Shown in pieces: positions 47,802 to 60,300 of a DNA stretch of 64,000 nt. This DNA is from Haliotis rufescens (lineage: Eukaryota). Position 1 is the stretch's first letter. The number at the start of each line of letters is the position of its first letter. The position numbers and the translations under genes are program-made. The stretch is taken from positions 49,848,001 to 49,912,000 of the forward strand of contig NW_025963779.1 in assembly GCF_023055435.1 (NCBI RefSeq), in the 5' to 3' direction. The notes beneath the pieces were generated by a model. It was not told the origin of the DNA and did no database searches. It saw only the letters and a list, made by a program, of their open reading frames with translations.

Positions 47802-50800
47802 TTACTGCTGGAGCGATTCGGCTGCTCTAAGATTTGCAAGTTCCCCGTCAACTAGAGCTGAAATTAATCACAAATACAATGTTCACATTTCACTCAAACA
47901 TCTTTGCAGCTTTGGAATATCTTTAATTTGAAAGCATTTCTTAATTAAGCATCTATAACTTTGTGTTGTGTTTTCCGTGTCACTGAAGACACGAACATTC
48001 AATATACATAACATAACATAACTCAAACAATTACATTTTTCTATCAAACGAAATGTTCGCTCAAACATTTGTTTCACTTTTAAGGACTTCTAAGTGCAGT
48101 TGCAGTTATCAGTATAATGAAAAGTGATACTTACGGTGTCTTTGTACGTCATGGCGTACGTTTCCTTCTAATGATTTTTCTTGCATAGATTTGAAGTATA
48201 GCCGGTAGCTGAAAATTACAAAAGAACAAAAATATGTTATTTACAATTATGGCTCATTAGCATGATATCAGTAGTAACTGTAGAATATTCATTATTTACC
48301 TTCCATCCCGTTTCTTCACTAAGCACGTCCCGTCCTTCTTTCTGTTGTACTCCTGCTGAATCTTTACCTGCAGGTCGTCCTGGTACAGACGCCACTGCCG
48401 CCCGTCTTTCCACCTCCACACGGTCGGGCGAGAGTCCTCCTCCACCAGCGGACTTTCCGGAACTGAAACAGTAATCATTCTCTCGAGCCGCGCGGTACAT
48501 CCGCTCTTACAGAGCTGCTAGGCTAAATTATAATGTGTAATATATGTCCACGGGTCCTAGGAGATATATCTCCATTTGTCCCATGTCATATATGTCTCAG
48601 CTGTCTCATAACAAACCCCTGTAGTCTAGATGTTAGGTGGCACTAGCCCCAGTAAGGTGTATCCACACGTGCACCTGTAAAACACATACCTGTGTCCTGG
48701 CCTCAAGCCTCAGTAAGGTGAGACCACACGTGCACCTGTAAAACACATACCTGTGTCCTGGCCTCTAGCCTCAGTAAGGTGACACCACACGTGCACCTGT
48801 AAAACACATACCAGAGTCCTGGGGTCGAGCCTCAGTAAGGTGACACCACACGTGCACCTGTGAAACACAAACCTGAGTCCTGGGGTCGAGCCTCAGTAAG
48901 GTGAGACCACACGTGCACCTGTAAAACACATACCTGTGTCATAGGGTCTAGCCTCAGTAAGGTGAGACCACACGTGCACCTGTACAAAACACACCTGTGT
49001 CCTGGAGTCGAGTCTTCAGTTGGGTGGCACTCTTTGTACCCGTGTACAAAACATGCCTGTGTCCTGGGGTCGAGTCTTCAGTCAGAAAGAACTATGTGTA
49101 CCTGTGTACAACACATGCCTGTGTCTTGGGGTCGAGTCTTCAGTAAGGTGGTAATCTGTGCACCCGTGTACAACACATACCTGTGTCCTGGGGTCAAGTC
49201 TTAAATAAGGTGAAACTCTGTGTTGCCGTGTACAACACATGCCTGTGTCTTGGGGCCGAGTCTTCAGTAAGGTGGCACTCTTTGTACCCGTGTACAACAC
49301 ATGCCTGTGTCCTGGGGTCAAGTCTTCAGTAAGCTGACACTATGTGTACCCGTGTACAACACATACCTGTGTCCTGGGGTCAAGTCTTCAGTCAGGTAGC
49401 ACTCTGTGTATCTTTGTACAACACAGGCCTGTGTCCTGGGGTCAAGTCTTCAGTAAGGTGGCGCTCTGTGTATCTGTGTACAACACATACCTGTGTCCTG
49501 GGCTCAAGTCTTCAGGTAGGTGACACTATGTGTACCGGTGTACAAAACATACCTGTGTCCTGGGGTCAAGTCTTCAATAAGGTGGCACTATGTGTATCTG
49601 TGTACAACACATACCTGTGTCCTGGGGTCAAGTGTTCAGTAAGATAGCATTATGTGTACCCGTGTACAACACATACCTGTGTCCTAGGGTCAAGTGTTCA
49701 TTAAGATGGCACTATGTGTACCTGTGTACAACACATGCCTGTGTCCTGGGGTTAAGTCTTCAGTAAGGTGGCACTCTGTGTACCTGTGTACAACACATAC
49801 CTGTGTCCTAGGGTCAAGTGTTCAGTAAGATGGCACTATGTGTACCTGTGTACAACACATGCCTGTGTCCTGGGGTCAAGTGTTCAGTAAGGTGGTACTC
49901 TGTGTACCTGTGTACAACACATACCTGTGTCCTAGGGTCAAGTGTTCAGTAAGATGGCACTATGTGTACCTGTGTACAACACATGCCTGTGTCCTAGGGT
50001 CAAGTGTTCAGTAAGGTGGCACTCTGTGTACCTGTGTACAACACATACCTGTGTCCTAGGGTCAAGTGTTCAGTAAGATGGCACTATGTGTACCTGTGTA
50101 CAACACATGCCTGTGTCCTAGGGTCAAGTGTTCAGTAAGGTGGCACTATGTGTACCCGTGTACAAAACATACCTGTGTCCCGGGGTCAAGTCTTCAGTAA
50201 GGTGGCACTATGTGTACCCGTGTACAAAACATACCCGTGTCCTGGGGTCAAGTCTTCAGTTAGCTGACACTATGTTTACCCGTGTACAACACATACCTGT
50301 GTCCTGGGGTCAAGTCTTCAGGAAGGTGGCACCATGTGTACCCGTGTACAACACATACCTGTGTCCTTGGGTCAAGTCTTCAATAAGGTGGCACTCTGTG
50401 TACCTGTGTACAAAACATACCTGTCTCCTGGGCTCAAGTCTTCAGGTAGGTGGCACTCTATGTATCTGTGTACAACACATACCTGTGTCCTGGGGTCAAG
50501 TCTTCAGTTGGGTAGCACTTTATGTACCGGTGTACAACACATGCCTGTGTTCTGGGGTCAAGTCCTTTAGGTAGGTGACACTATGTGCACCCGTTTACAA
50601 CACATACCTGTGTCCTGGGGTCAAGTCTTCAGTTAGCTGACACTATGTGTACCCGTGTACAACACATACCTGTGTCCTTGGGTCAAGTCTTCAGTTAGGT
50701 GACACTATGTGTACCGGTGTACAACACATACCTGTGTCCTGGGGTCAAGTCTTCAGTTAGCTGACACTATGTGTACCCGTGTACAACACATACCTGTGTC

Positions 50801-53001
50801 CTGGGCTCAAGTCTTCAGTTAGGTGACACTATGTGTACCGGTGTACAAAACATACCTGTGTCCTGGGGTCAAGTCTTCAATAAGGTGGCACTATGTGTAT
50901 CTGTGTACAACACATACCTGTGTCCTGGGGTCAAGTGTTCAGTAAGATGGCACTATGTGTACCCGTGTACAACACATACCTGTGTCCTAGGGTCAAGTGT
51001 TCATTAAGATGGCACTCTGTGTACCTGTGTACAACACATGCCTGTGTCCTGGGGTTAAGTCTTCAGTAAGGTGGCACTATGTGTACCGGTGTACAAAACA
51101 TACCTGTGTCCCGGGGTCAAGTCTTCAGTAAGGTGGCACTATGTGTACCTGTGTACAACACATACCTGTGTCCTGGGGTCAAGTCTTCAGTTAGCTGACA
51201 CTATGTTTACCCGTGTACAACACATACCTGTGTCCTGGGGTCAAGTGTTCAGTAAGCTGGCACTGTGTGTATCTGTGTACAACACATACCTGTGTCATGG
51301 GGTCGAGTCTTCAGGTAGGTGGCAATATGTGTACCCGTATACAACACATACCTGTGTCCTGGGGTTAAGTCTTCAGTCAGGTAGCACTCTGTGTATCTGT
51401 GTACAACACATACCTGTGTCATGGGGTCGAGTCTTCAGGTAGGTGGCAATATGTGTACCCGTATACAACACATACCTGTGTCCTTGGGTTAAGTCTTCAG
51501 TCAGGTAGCACTCTGTGTATCTGTGTACAACACATGCCTGTGTCATGGGGTCGAGTCTTCAGGTAGGTGGCAATATGTGTATCTGTGTACAACACATACC
51601 TGTGTCATGGGGTCGAGTCTTCAGGTAGGTGGCAATATGTGTACCCGTATACAACACATACCTGTGTCCTGGGGTTAAGTCTTCAGTAAGGTGGCACTCT
51701 GTGTATCTGTGTACAACACATACCTGTGTCATGGGGTCGAGTCTTCAGGTAGGTGGCAATATGTGTACCCGTATACAACACATACCTGTGTCCTGAAGTT
51801 AAGTCTTCAGTAAGGTGGCACTCTGTGAATCTGTGTACAACACATGCCTGTGTCCTGGGGTCAAGACTTCAGTAAGGTGGCACTCTGTGTACCCATGTTC
51901 AACACATACCTGTGTCCTTGGGGTCAAGTCTTCAATAAGGTGACACATTGTGCAGCCGTGTACAACACATACCTGTGTGCTGGGGTCAAGTCTTCAGTAA
52001 GGTGCACTCTGTGTATCTGTGTACAACACATACCTGTGTCCTGGGCTCAAGTCTTCAGTTAGCTGACACTATGTTTACCCGTGTACAACACATACCTGTG
52101 TCCTGGGGTCAAGTCTTCAGTAAGGTTGCACTCTGTGTACCCGTGTACAACACATACCTGTGTCCTTGGGGTCAAGTCTTCAATAAGGTGACACATTGTG
52201 CAGCCGTGTACAACACATACCTGTGTGCTGGGGTCAAGTCTTCAGTAAGGTGCACTCTGTGTACCTGTGTACAACACATACCTGTGTCCTGGGCTCAAGT
52301 CTTCAGTTAGCTGACACTATGTTTACCCGTGTACAACACATACCTGTGTCCTGGGGTCAAGTCTTCAGTAAGGTTGCACTCTGTGTACCCGTGTACAACA
52401 CATACCTGTGTCCTTGGGGTCAAGTCTTCAATAAGGTGACACATTGTGCAGCCGTGTACAACACATACCTGTGTGATGGGGTCAAGTCTTCAGTAAGGTG
52501 CACTCTGTGTACCTGTGTACAACACATACCTGTGTCCTGGTGTCAAGTCTTCAGTTAGCTGACACTATGTTTACCCGTGTACAACACATACCTGTGTCCT
52601 GGTGTCAAGTCTTCAGTTAGCTGACACTATGTGTACCCGTGTACAACACATACCTGTGTCCTGGGGTCAAGTCTTCAGTTAGCTGACACTATGTGTACCC
52701 ATGTACAACACATACCTGTGTCCTGGGGTCAAGTCTTCAATAAGGTGGCACTCTGTGTACCCGTGTACAACACTGAAGGCTCGACTCCATGACTCAGGCA
52801 TGACCGTGAGACAAACACATACCTGTGTCCTGTAGTCGTCCAGTCTGTGGGAACCTCCACTCTGTACCCAGGTGTGGTGGCTTCGGATCCTTTGCGTTGA
52901 GGAGCGGGTCGCTGCAACACCATTGCAGTCAAGGCGTGTCATCTCGAGTGTGAAGTATTGATGAAACTGTTTGGTATCAATACAGCTAATGTGATGCTGA
53001 A

Positions 53002-53033
<32 letters not shown>

Positions 53034-54349
53034 CTGTGTTTGTGTGTGTGTGTGTGTGTGTTTTGTAACAAAACAACAAACAAACACACTTTTGAATATA
53101 CCTAACCTTAATATTTCGTTTCGAGATATATACTTGTATGTTATAACATCACAAAAGCCGACCGTGTGCAAATTTGGCATTGTTGAAAACATTTCAGCAT
53201 CAATATCCTACCACATTTCTGTACAAAATGTGAAAATGTACCAACACATTATGTTCTATATGTTTGTAACAAAGTCAAATAACTCTTCGTACTCACCATA
53301 TTTCCAGTTCGTATACTCCATCCTTTCCAAATCTATGGGTTGTTATGTTACCGTTATTCCACCGCACCTGATGATGATAGGATACAAAGATGTGTTGGTC
53401 CAAGTGAGATACAAGCGCATACAAATAAGTTGTCTCCACAGCTGGACCTTTCTATTTACTTGTAAACGGAGTTTGTTCAAAAGCCAAAGGGCCAATAATC
53501 AAAATGCTTTTTAGTCCTTTGTAAATGATTCTGTAAAGAATCGTCCGTCGGGTGAAGTGAAAATATTTGTAAAATTGTGGTGGATTATTTTATGATATTA
53601 TTCATTTTATTTATTCTGGTTCTTTTTTTTTCGACGGGAGGGGAGGGGGGAAATGGGATACGACAAAGGTTAACTGCGCTTCACATTTTGATCTTGTATT
53701 TTCATCATTAAAATTGACGTACAGTCGCGACTGGGTGAATTTTTTCTACAAAAGTACTTCAGCCATTTACAAAATATTGTTTTTGGATACAATCTGTCTG
53801 AAAAGTTTCTGTAAGTTTTGTCCTCTTGCCGGCCGCCGTCATATACTCGTTTTAAGTTCAACACGTATTTGCTTGTAATAGGAAACAGATTACAGCTGAA
53901 CTGTTCACTTTTGCTTCCAACTCTATCCTGTTCATCTACACTCTGTTCATTTCATCGCGGTTATATTCAAGTTTGGACGCTGGTGAGATGATTCTGCACC
54001 CTGCATCAGCCAGTATGTGACCGACGATGTCCCAGCGTAAGTAGATCTACTGCATTTATCCAATATATTGGCTTTCTTCGGTGTCCCTGCTTCTACATGA
54101 TAATGTTCCATGATAGTTCCGGGCCTTTGGATATTGCATGGTGCAAGAGAGACACTAAGTCTTGTTAATAACCCCTACCTTCACTTCCTGGTCTCCCCTC
54201 CGCCTGATGACGACACCGGTGTTACCATCTACCCCGTCCTGGTTCAATGACTGCCAGCCCCGACCTGACATAGCATCACAAGCAAATCCATAATTCATAC
54301 TCCCTTGTCGAGTATACGGTTTATCCTGTTGTAAAATACACACACAGAG

Positions 54350-54387
<38 letters not shown>

Positions 54388-57300
54388 GGGGGGGGGGGGT
54401 GTAGGGGGTAGAGGAGAGTGCTAAAGAACGTTACATTTTTTTATAGGTATTTCACAGCACAATTTTCCATTACGTGAGACATATCAAGAGACGTCAGCAA
54501 GTCCTGAAAAACATGGCTCTGAGTATTAGAGATCATTTTCAACAACATAACACGAGGATTCTCCAAGAAGCATTTGCCAATGTTATCTTAAGATGTCATA
54601 AGCCGCACATAAGAACAGAATTACATACTGTACCGGTACAGAGATGCTTTTAGTATGTGGCGTTAATACTATCAATGTTTTCTTCAGACACAAGGATGAT
54701 ATGGATATCCCCAGAACAGTCCGATATCATTTACAACGGAAGTCAACGTCAGAAATGCGCAGTATGAAATGTGTTCACCTCGTTTTACTCTGACCCCAAG
54801 TTGGAGGAACTGATCTGACTCCGGGATGCGATGACGTCCGTCAACTGTAGCTACATCAAAGACACCATTTAGGTTGTAGCGGTACCGGTTCCTCTCGCCG
54901 CTGTCCCAGAGTACCCACACCCAGTCTGGAAGGTAACATGATCATGATCATTATGAAAAAATACACCGGGATTTTTTACATATCTATAAGGAACATATGC
55001 ATTCCAATCAACGAAAACTGACTTCAAATCGTAACATAAGCACAACATTCATATAACATGAAGAACATGACCACATACTGTCACAATTATTTTTGAATTT
55101 CTTTTATATCAGAATACTGTAAGAAATCACTTTATCCACGAACATCATTCTAAACTTAATAAGCATGTTTTAAGTCAGATTTTAACTTTGTTATGGTTTC
55201 ATTCAAGCGTGCCGTCGAAATTAGGGCATTTTGCAAAGGAAAAGAGCAGGAGCTATAGGTGGAGGCGAATGTTCCGAATATGGCGTCGATATTGACTCTA
55301 GTCCAACAATGGCAATAGAACATGCTAAAATTGAATGTGATTTTAAATTAAACTGCAATTCCAAAAAATAAACTTTCCAAATGGTATGTCTGTGTTTACG
55401 TGGCCATGGCAACCCGATCAAGGAGTCTTACTTTCGTTCTCATCGTGGTTGATGATGGTGCCCACGCCCTGCAAGTCCTGATCCTCCCACTTCCAGTCTT
55501 TACCTCTCATCACTCTGCTCCCAAGGGGTGCTAGGTCAGGGTTCTCGTACACATTGTCAAAGTCGTCAGGTTTCGCGTCTTCATTCTTACTTTTGAGCTT
55601 CTCACTCACAGCAGCTACAATCTCATCCTGTCAGAAGAACAACGACAGGTCTCAACAGATGTAACCTCAAATAAGACACGTCTTTAGGTAATTGTCCCAA
55701 TTAGGTTACGATTAGATCTGACTAGATTATCGATGCATTTTGGCGATTGTGTGAGTGGCGGGTGCTACCGGGGCGCAGGACATGTTTATCCTTTTCACGA
55801 ATACCTGGTGTCATCAATAATTTTCAGTGATCCATTCATATCATTTTCACCGCTGTTTTGCCGTTTACTCCCAATGGTATCTGTTTCGTCGGATAATTGG
55901 GACGACACGCTGGTTTTATCTTGGGTTGACGTTTTATATTTAGGCGTGTCTGTTCCGTGCATCACCTAGCTACAAGTCAGTTACGGCTATGTACACATGC
56001 TTCTTTTTCTCAATATACTACTGAGAGTTTGTTCAGGACAATTCGTCTGATAAAGATATATTGGGCGCGTTATGGAGCCTCCAGTGCATCACTTACCATG
56101 TCGCTCGGATTGACTTCGCCCACGATAGCATTAGCTACAGCCTCTATCGCCTGCTGGACGTTCGGGAAGTCGTCCTTACTGGAGCGGACACACGCATAGA
56201 TCTTGCCTATACTGTCCTGTAATAGAATCATATTATTTCTTCAGTCATCATGCACGTATGTATTGTATTTACACTTCTAAAAGCTACAAGCAGGTAGTAG
56301 TTCTCAAAGGGTCGTCAGTGGGTTACACTATCGAGTTCAACGTCTGTCAGAACATTTTTCCAGAAAAAGTATTCTATCGACTGAATAGATCACTCTATGC
56401 AGAACATTGTTAGTACCTGTATTTGATAGTAACGTATCAGCTTTGGTATATCCTCTGCCTCTGCCACCTGCCCATTACCAAGTTTGGCAAGAGACGTCAG
56501 CAAGTCCTGAAAAACATAGCTCTTGGGATTAGAAATTGGTCCTCAGCTTCTATTCGTCGATTGTGATACCATTATGTTCATGTTTAATACATAAAACCCA
56601 GGAAGAACAACTAACACACATAATGCACAGAACTAATGGCATATTCCTGGACTGCAGTCAACATCAGTCTTACTGTATCAGCGTCGCCGACTGGAATCCA
56701 GACAATGGGAGAGGGCTTGGTCTTGTGTTTCTTGGATCCTAGTTCCATCATGAGATTGATGATGGGAACTTTAGCCTGAAACATATACCTAACATATTTT
56801 CAATTCAGTTATCTACTAAAAACGAGATAATACATTCCACAGTTTGTCTGTAAACTTGAATTGAAAGTATATATTTTATGAAAACGATAAAACGAGATCT
56901 GCCACGTTTCTTTTCCAGGTCATATATATATGCCTTAATAACAATCCTTTATGCTTGGAACTGAGACCACCTATTCCAGAATTAAGTCAATAACACGTTG
57001 AATATGTCAGAAGGAGCAGCATTATATTATTGGTGAAAATAACGCACGTTTGCTGACTGGATGTCGGGGCCGAAATCTTGACTTTCGTCTGTCAGTTTTC
57101 CATCAGTGATCACAATAATCCTGGGACGGAGTCGGTGAACTTTGGTCACAGTAAGCACACCACCTAGTCGAATTAAATTCAAGGGGCTAAGCACACATTG
57201 ACTTTCACAATAGTCACCAATGAGTTAATATATATTAATGTTCCTGTAATTTGTCTCTTGTAAGGGATTGACAAAGTAAATATCAACATACATTGCCTCG

Positions 57301-60300
57301 TCATCAAATTGTGATATTGTTATATGGAGTAGTATATGTTATGTGACAGTATCACCTTTCCCCTGGATAGCTGCCAAAGCGACGATCAGCATTTCAAATA
57401 GTGGTGACCTGCCTTCTGGTTTTAGTGAATCTGAAGACAGAGACAAAAACATAAATACGTTTAACCAGTTACATTATTATATACTATGTCTGAGGTAGTT
57501 GAGTGAAGGGCAAAATCTAGATACTGACCGAGAGCATCTCTGACTTTGGAGTAGTCGTTAGTAAGCTGCTGGACCACCCTTGCTCGACCAGACACGCTGA
57601 CCACAGCAACGTTCTCCTCCAGAGTATGATTCTCAGCGATATCCTCAAGACCTGTACAGAGAAAGGTGGCTTGACTTTGTGCCTCAGCTGTGTGTGGATA
57701 ATTGAACTGTAACTGAATAGTGTTTTACGCGCAGACAGTAATATACCTGGTAAGTGACTGTAAATATTCTGAGTTACAGACGGTGATTGAATATAAAACG
57801 TCAACGCCAGAGAATAACCATCCTTGATTATCCGAAGAAACAGATTCCATCAGCTAAAATGCAAAATAGCTGTGAAAATTATATGAATGCATAAAGAAGT
57901 AAGTGTTTCTTGCATGGCGCCCCCCGAAAGCTTGGGGATTTGGCCAAGAAGTTAAACTTAACCTTCAGGTGTAAAGATGATCTGGTATCGTTCAATAATG
58001 GTCAAACAGCCAATTCGCTTTCACTGATTTTGAATTGTAATATAAATATATATTAATTCAATGTAAATATCAATACTAACGTCTGATATATATTGGAATA
58101 AAACCAAACTTTGAACTAATCAGACGTTAGTAATGATATTTAAATTGAATTAATATATATATTATATATATCATTGGTAATACCTACGTAAACTTTGGGC
58201 GCAAGACATTTAGACCAGCAGTGGACATCACCATGAGCACCACTTGTGCTCCCCTTCTTGCTGTTCTGTGTCTTAATGCATTTGACGTGGAATTTCTGCT
58301 CGGGTTGGCAAAGTTGGTAATTTGGCTATGAAGTTACCTTAAGCTTCAGGTAAATCGATGATCGTTCAATAGTCATCAAATAGCCAATTCCCTTCCACCT
58401 ATATACCTACCTGCACTAGAAATAAAGGAATTCAGTGATATCCCCTCATCTGTTTCATATTTAGTGAGTGAGTGAGTGACTATGGTTTTACGCCGCTTTT
58501 AGCAATATTCCAGCAATATCACGGTGGGGCACACCAGAAATGGGCTTCAGTTTCATATTTAGATCTGAAGATACAGAGTGAACACACTCTCAAAACGTTA
58601 ACTCCCCTTGTCAAGCAGCTTTCCAGCAGCTTTGTTGTCTACAGTCACAACTTTGGAGGTACAACCTAGCATGCTCATATGGTCGACATATGGAGGATAT
58701 TTCGAATTTTGACGCATCAGAGAAAAAATAATGTCCCATGCAATTACGTATCTCGACTTGAACCATATTTTCCCCTGCTTTTTCAGGTGAACAGTTTGAC
58801 ATGCCATAGTTTGCATGTGCTTGCGACGGGGACTAATGGTGGGAAAGGACACGCTAACATTTTCCCGACCAGCTGTTTTCATTACGTTTTGAGAGTGATG
58901 CATGAATACATGCTTATCATAGTTGGAACGGTAACACGGATACTGCACTTTGCAGATATTTCATATGATTATGGAACCCGTAAAAATCTATGGTAGAATA
59001 GGTCTTCATCAACCCATGCTTGCCGTAAAAGTTGACTAACGGGATCGGGTGGTCAGGCTCGCTGACTTGGTTGATGCATGTCATCGATCCCAATTGGATC
59101 GATGCTCATGATGTCAATCACTGGATTGTCTGGTCCACACTCGATTATTTACAGACCGCCGTCATATAGCTGGACTATTGCTGAGTGAGGCGTTAAACAA
59201 CAAATAAATCATATGATTATGGAAATGGTCTTGTCGCTTTTATATAAGTTTTACGATCCAATCCGTCACGGCTTAGCTATGCAGCATGTTTAATATTGCG
59301 CGAACCAAATGTTCAATATCAACCTACCATCGATGAATGTGTCGGCGATGTCCTTCATCTGTCGGAAGGCGTCTCCAGCCATACTCTGGGAGCAGTCGAG
59401 GCAGAGGATGGTATCAAGAGACTGAGCTCGAGGGGAATTATCTGGTGGCACAGGTCGCATATGGCATTAGTACGTACAGACATAATTAATAAAAGTAATT
59501 ACCTCGAAGTTAACCAACTGCAGTAATTGTATCTTATATAGTGATCAACCTTTTGACATCCAAGTGTTATTTGTTTCGACAATCATGCTTACAACTGTCG
59601 TATTCACTGCTGATATTAAATAGCATTAACCCTTTACAGCCCGTCCTCCATGTAGACAGCAATCCCGGCGCGGTTGTGGGCTCCCGTTTCTTAATGTCTA
59701 GATGACGTCAAACTGATGCCAATATTCACACTATGAGGGGCCAGAGACCACCCACCATGGTTTTGAATCCATTACTTACCATCTTCAAGGGCTGATTGTG
59801 CCGACTTCTCTATTGCCTTTAGGCTTACTTCAGAGTCGCGTCCAATCGCTGACTTAGCTATTGCCATCAGTCTATCTGTTGACGCCCCTGAAAAGACAAT
59901 ATTGATATCACACATGATATGTGTTTTTAAATTCAAGGTGTTTTGTTTTCATTGTAGTTGTTTCACAGACTTCTAAATGCGAGCTGTAACCAAATACCCC
60001 AGGGACTATTTGTTCCTCACACATATCCGTGCATACATTGTATTTGTTGTATTAGTGAGTGAATTGAGTTTAACGCCGCTTTGAACAGTGTTTCAGTTAC
60101 ATCACGGCGTGTCAGCTTACTGTGGGAGGAAGGCCTCACGTTATGCAGGTCTTAGACGTATATTTTATTATAGAAGACTGGGGTCATGATTGCTATACCA
60201 GCTGGTGCTTACCTTTAACTTTTGGCTTTGCACCACCAGCAGATGTGGCAAATCTGTTGACAGAAATACAGTGATAAAACAACTGCCACTGAAAAAAAAG

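Larger units (their letters stand above)
57935..58700 (+). mobile_element. Fragmented Penelope-like reverse transcriptase relic
   Basis: Plus-strand remnants LAKKLNLTFRCKDDLVSFNN (57940), YVNFGRKTFRPAVDITMSTTCAPLLAVLCL (58184) and SYLDLKI (58553) resemble the PLE RT motifs GIPMGTNCAP, FRYIDD and SYLDL. Confidence 0.6.

Noticed and set aside
48655-52773. CRISPR-like array or repeat-protein ORFs
   Set aside because: Head-to-tail units with no unique spacers, no cas genes and a eukaryotic intron context. The plus-strand ORFs are by-products of the repeat.
53002-53514. 170-aa plus-strand ORF
   Set aside because: It starts in a (TG)n microsatellite and lies antisense to a gene B exon.
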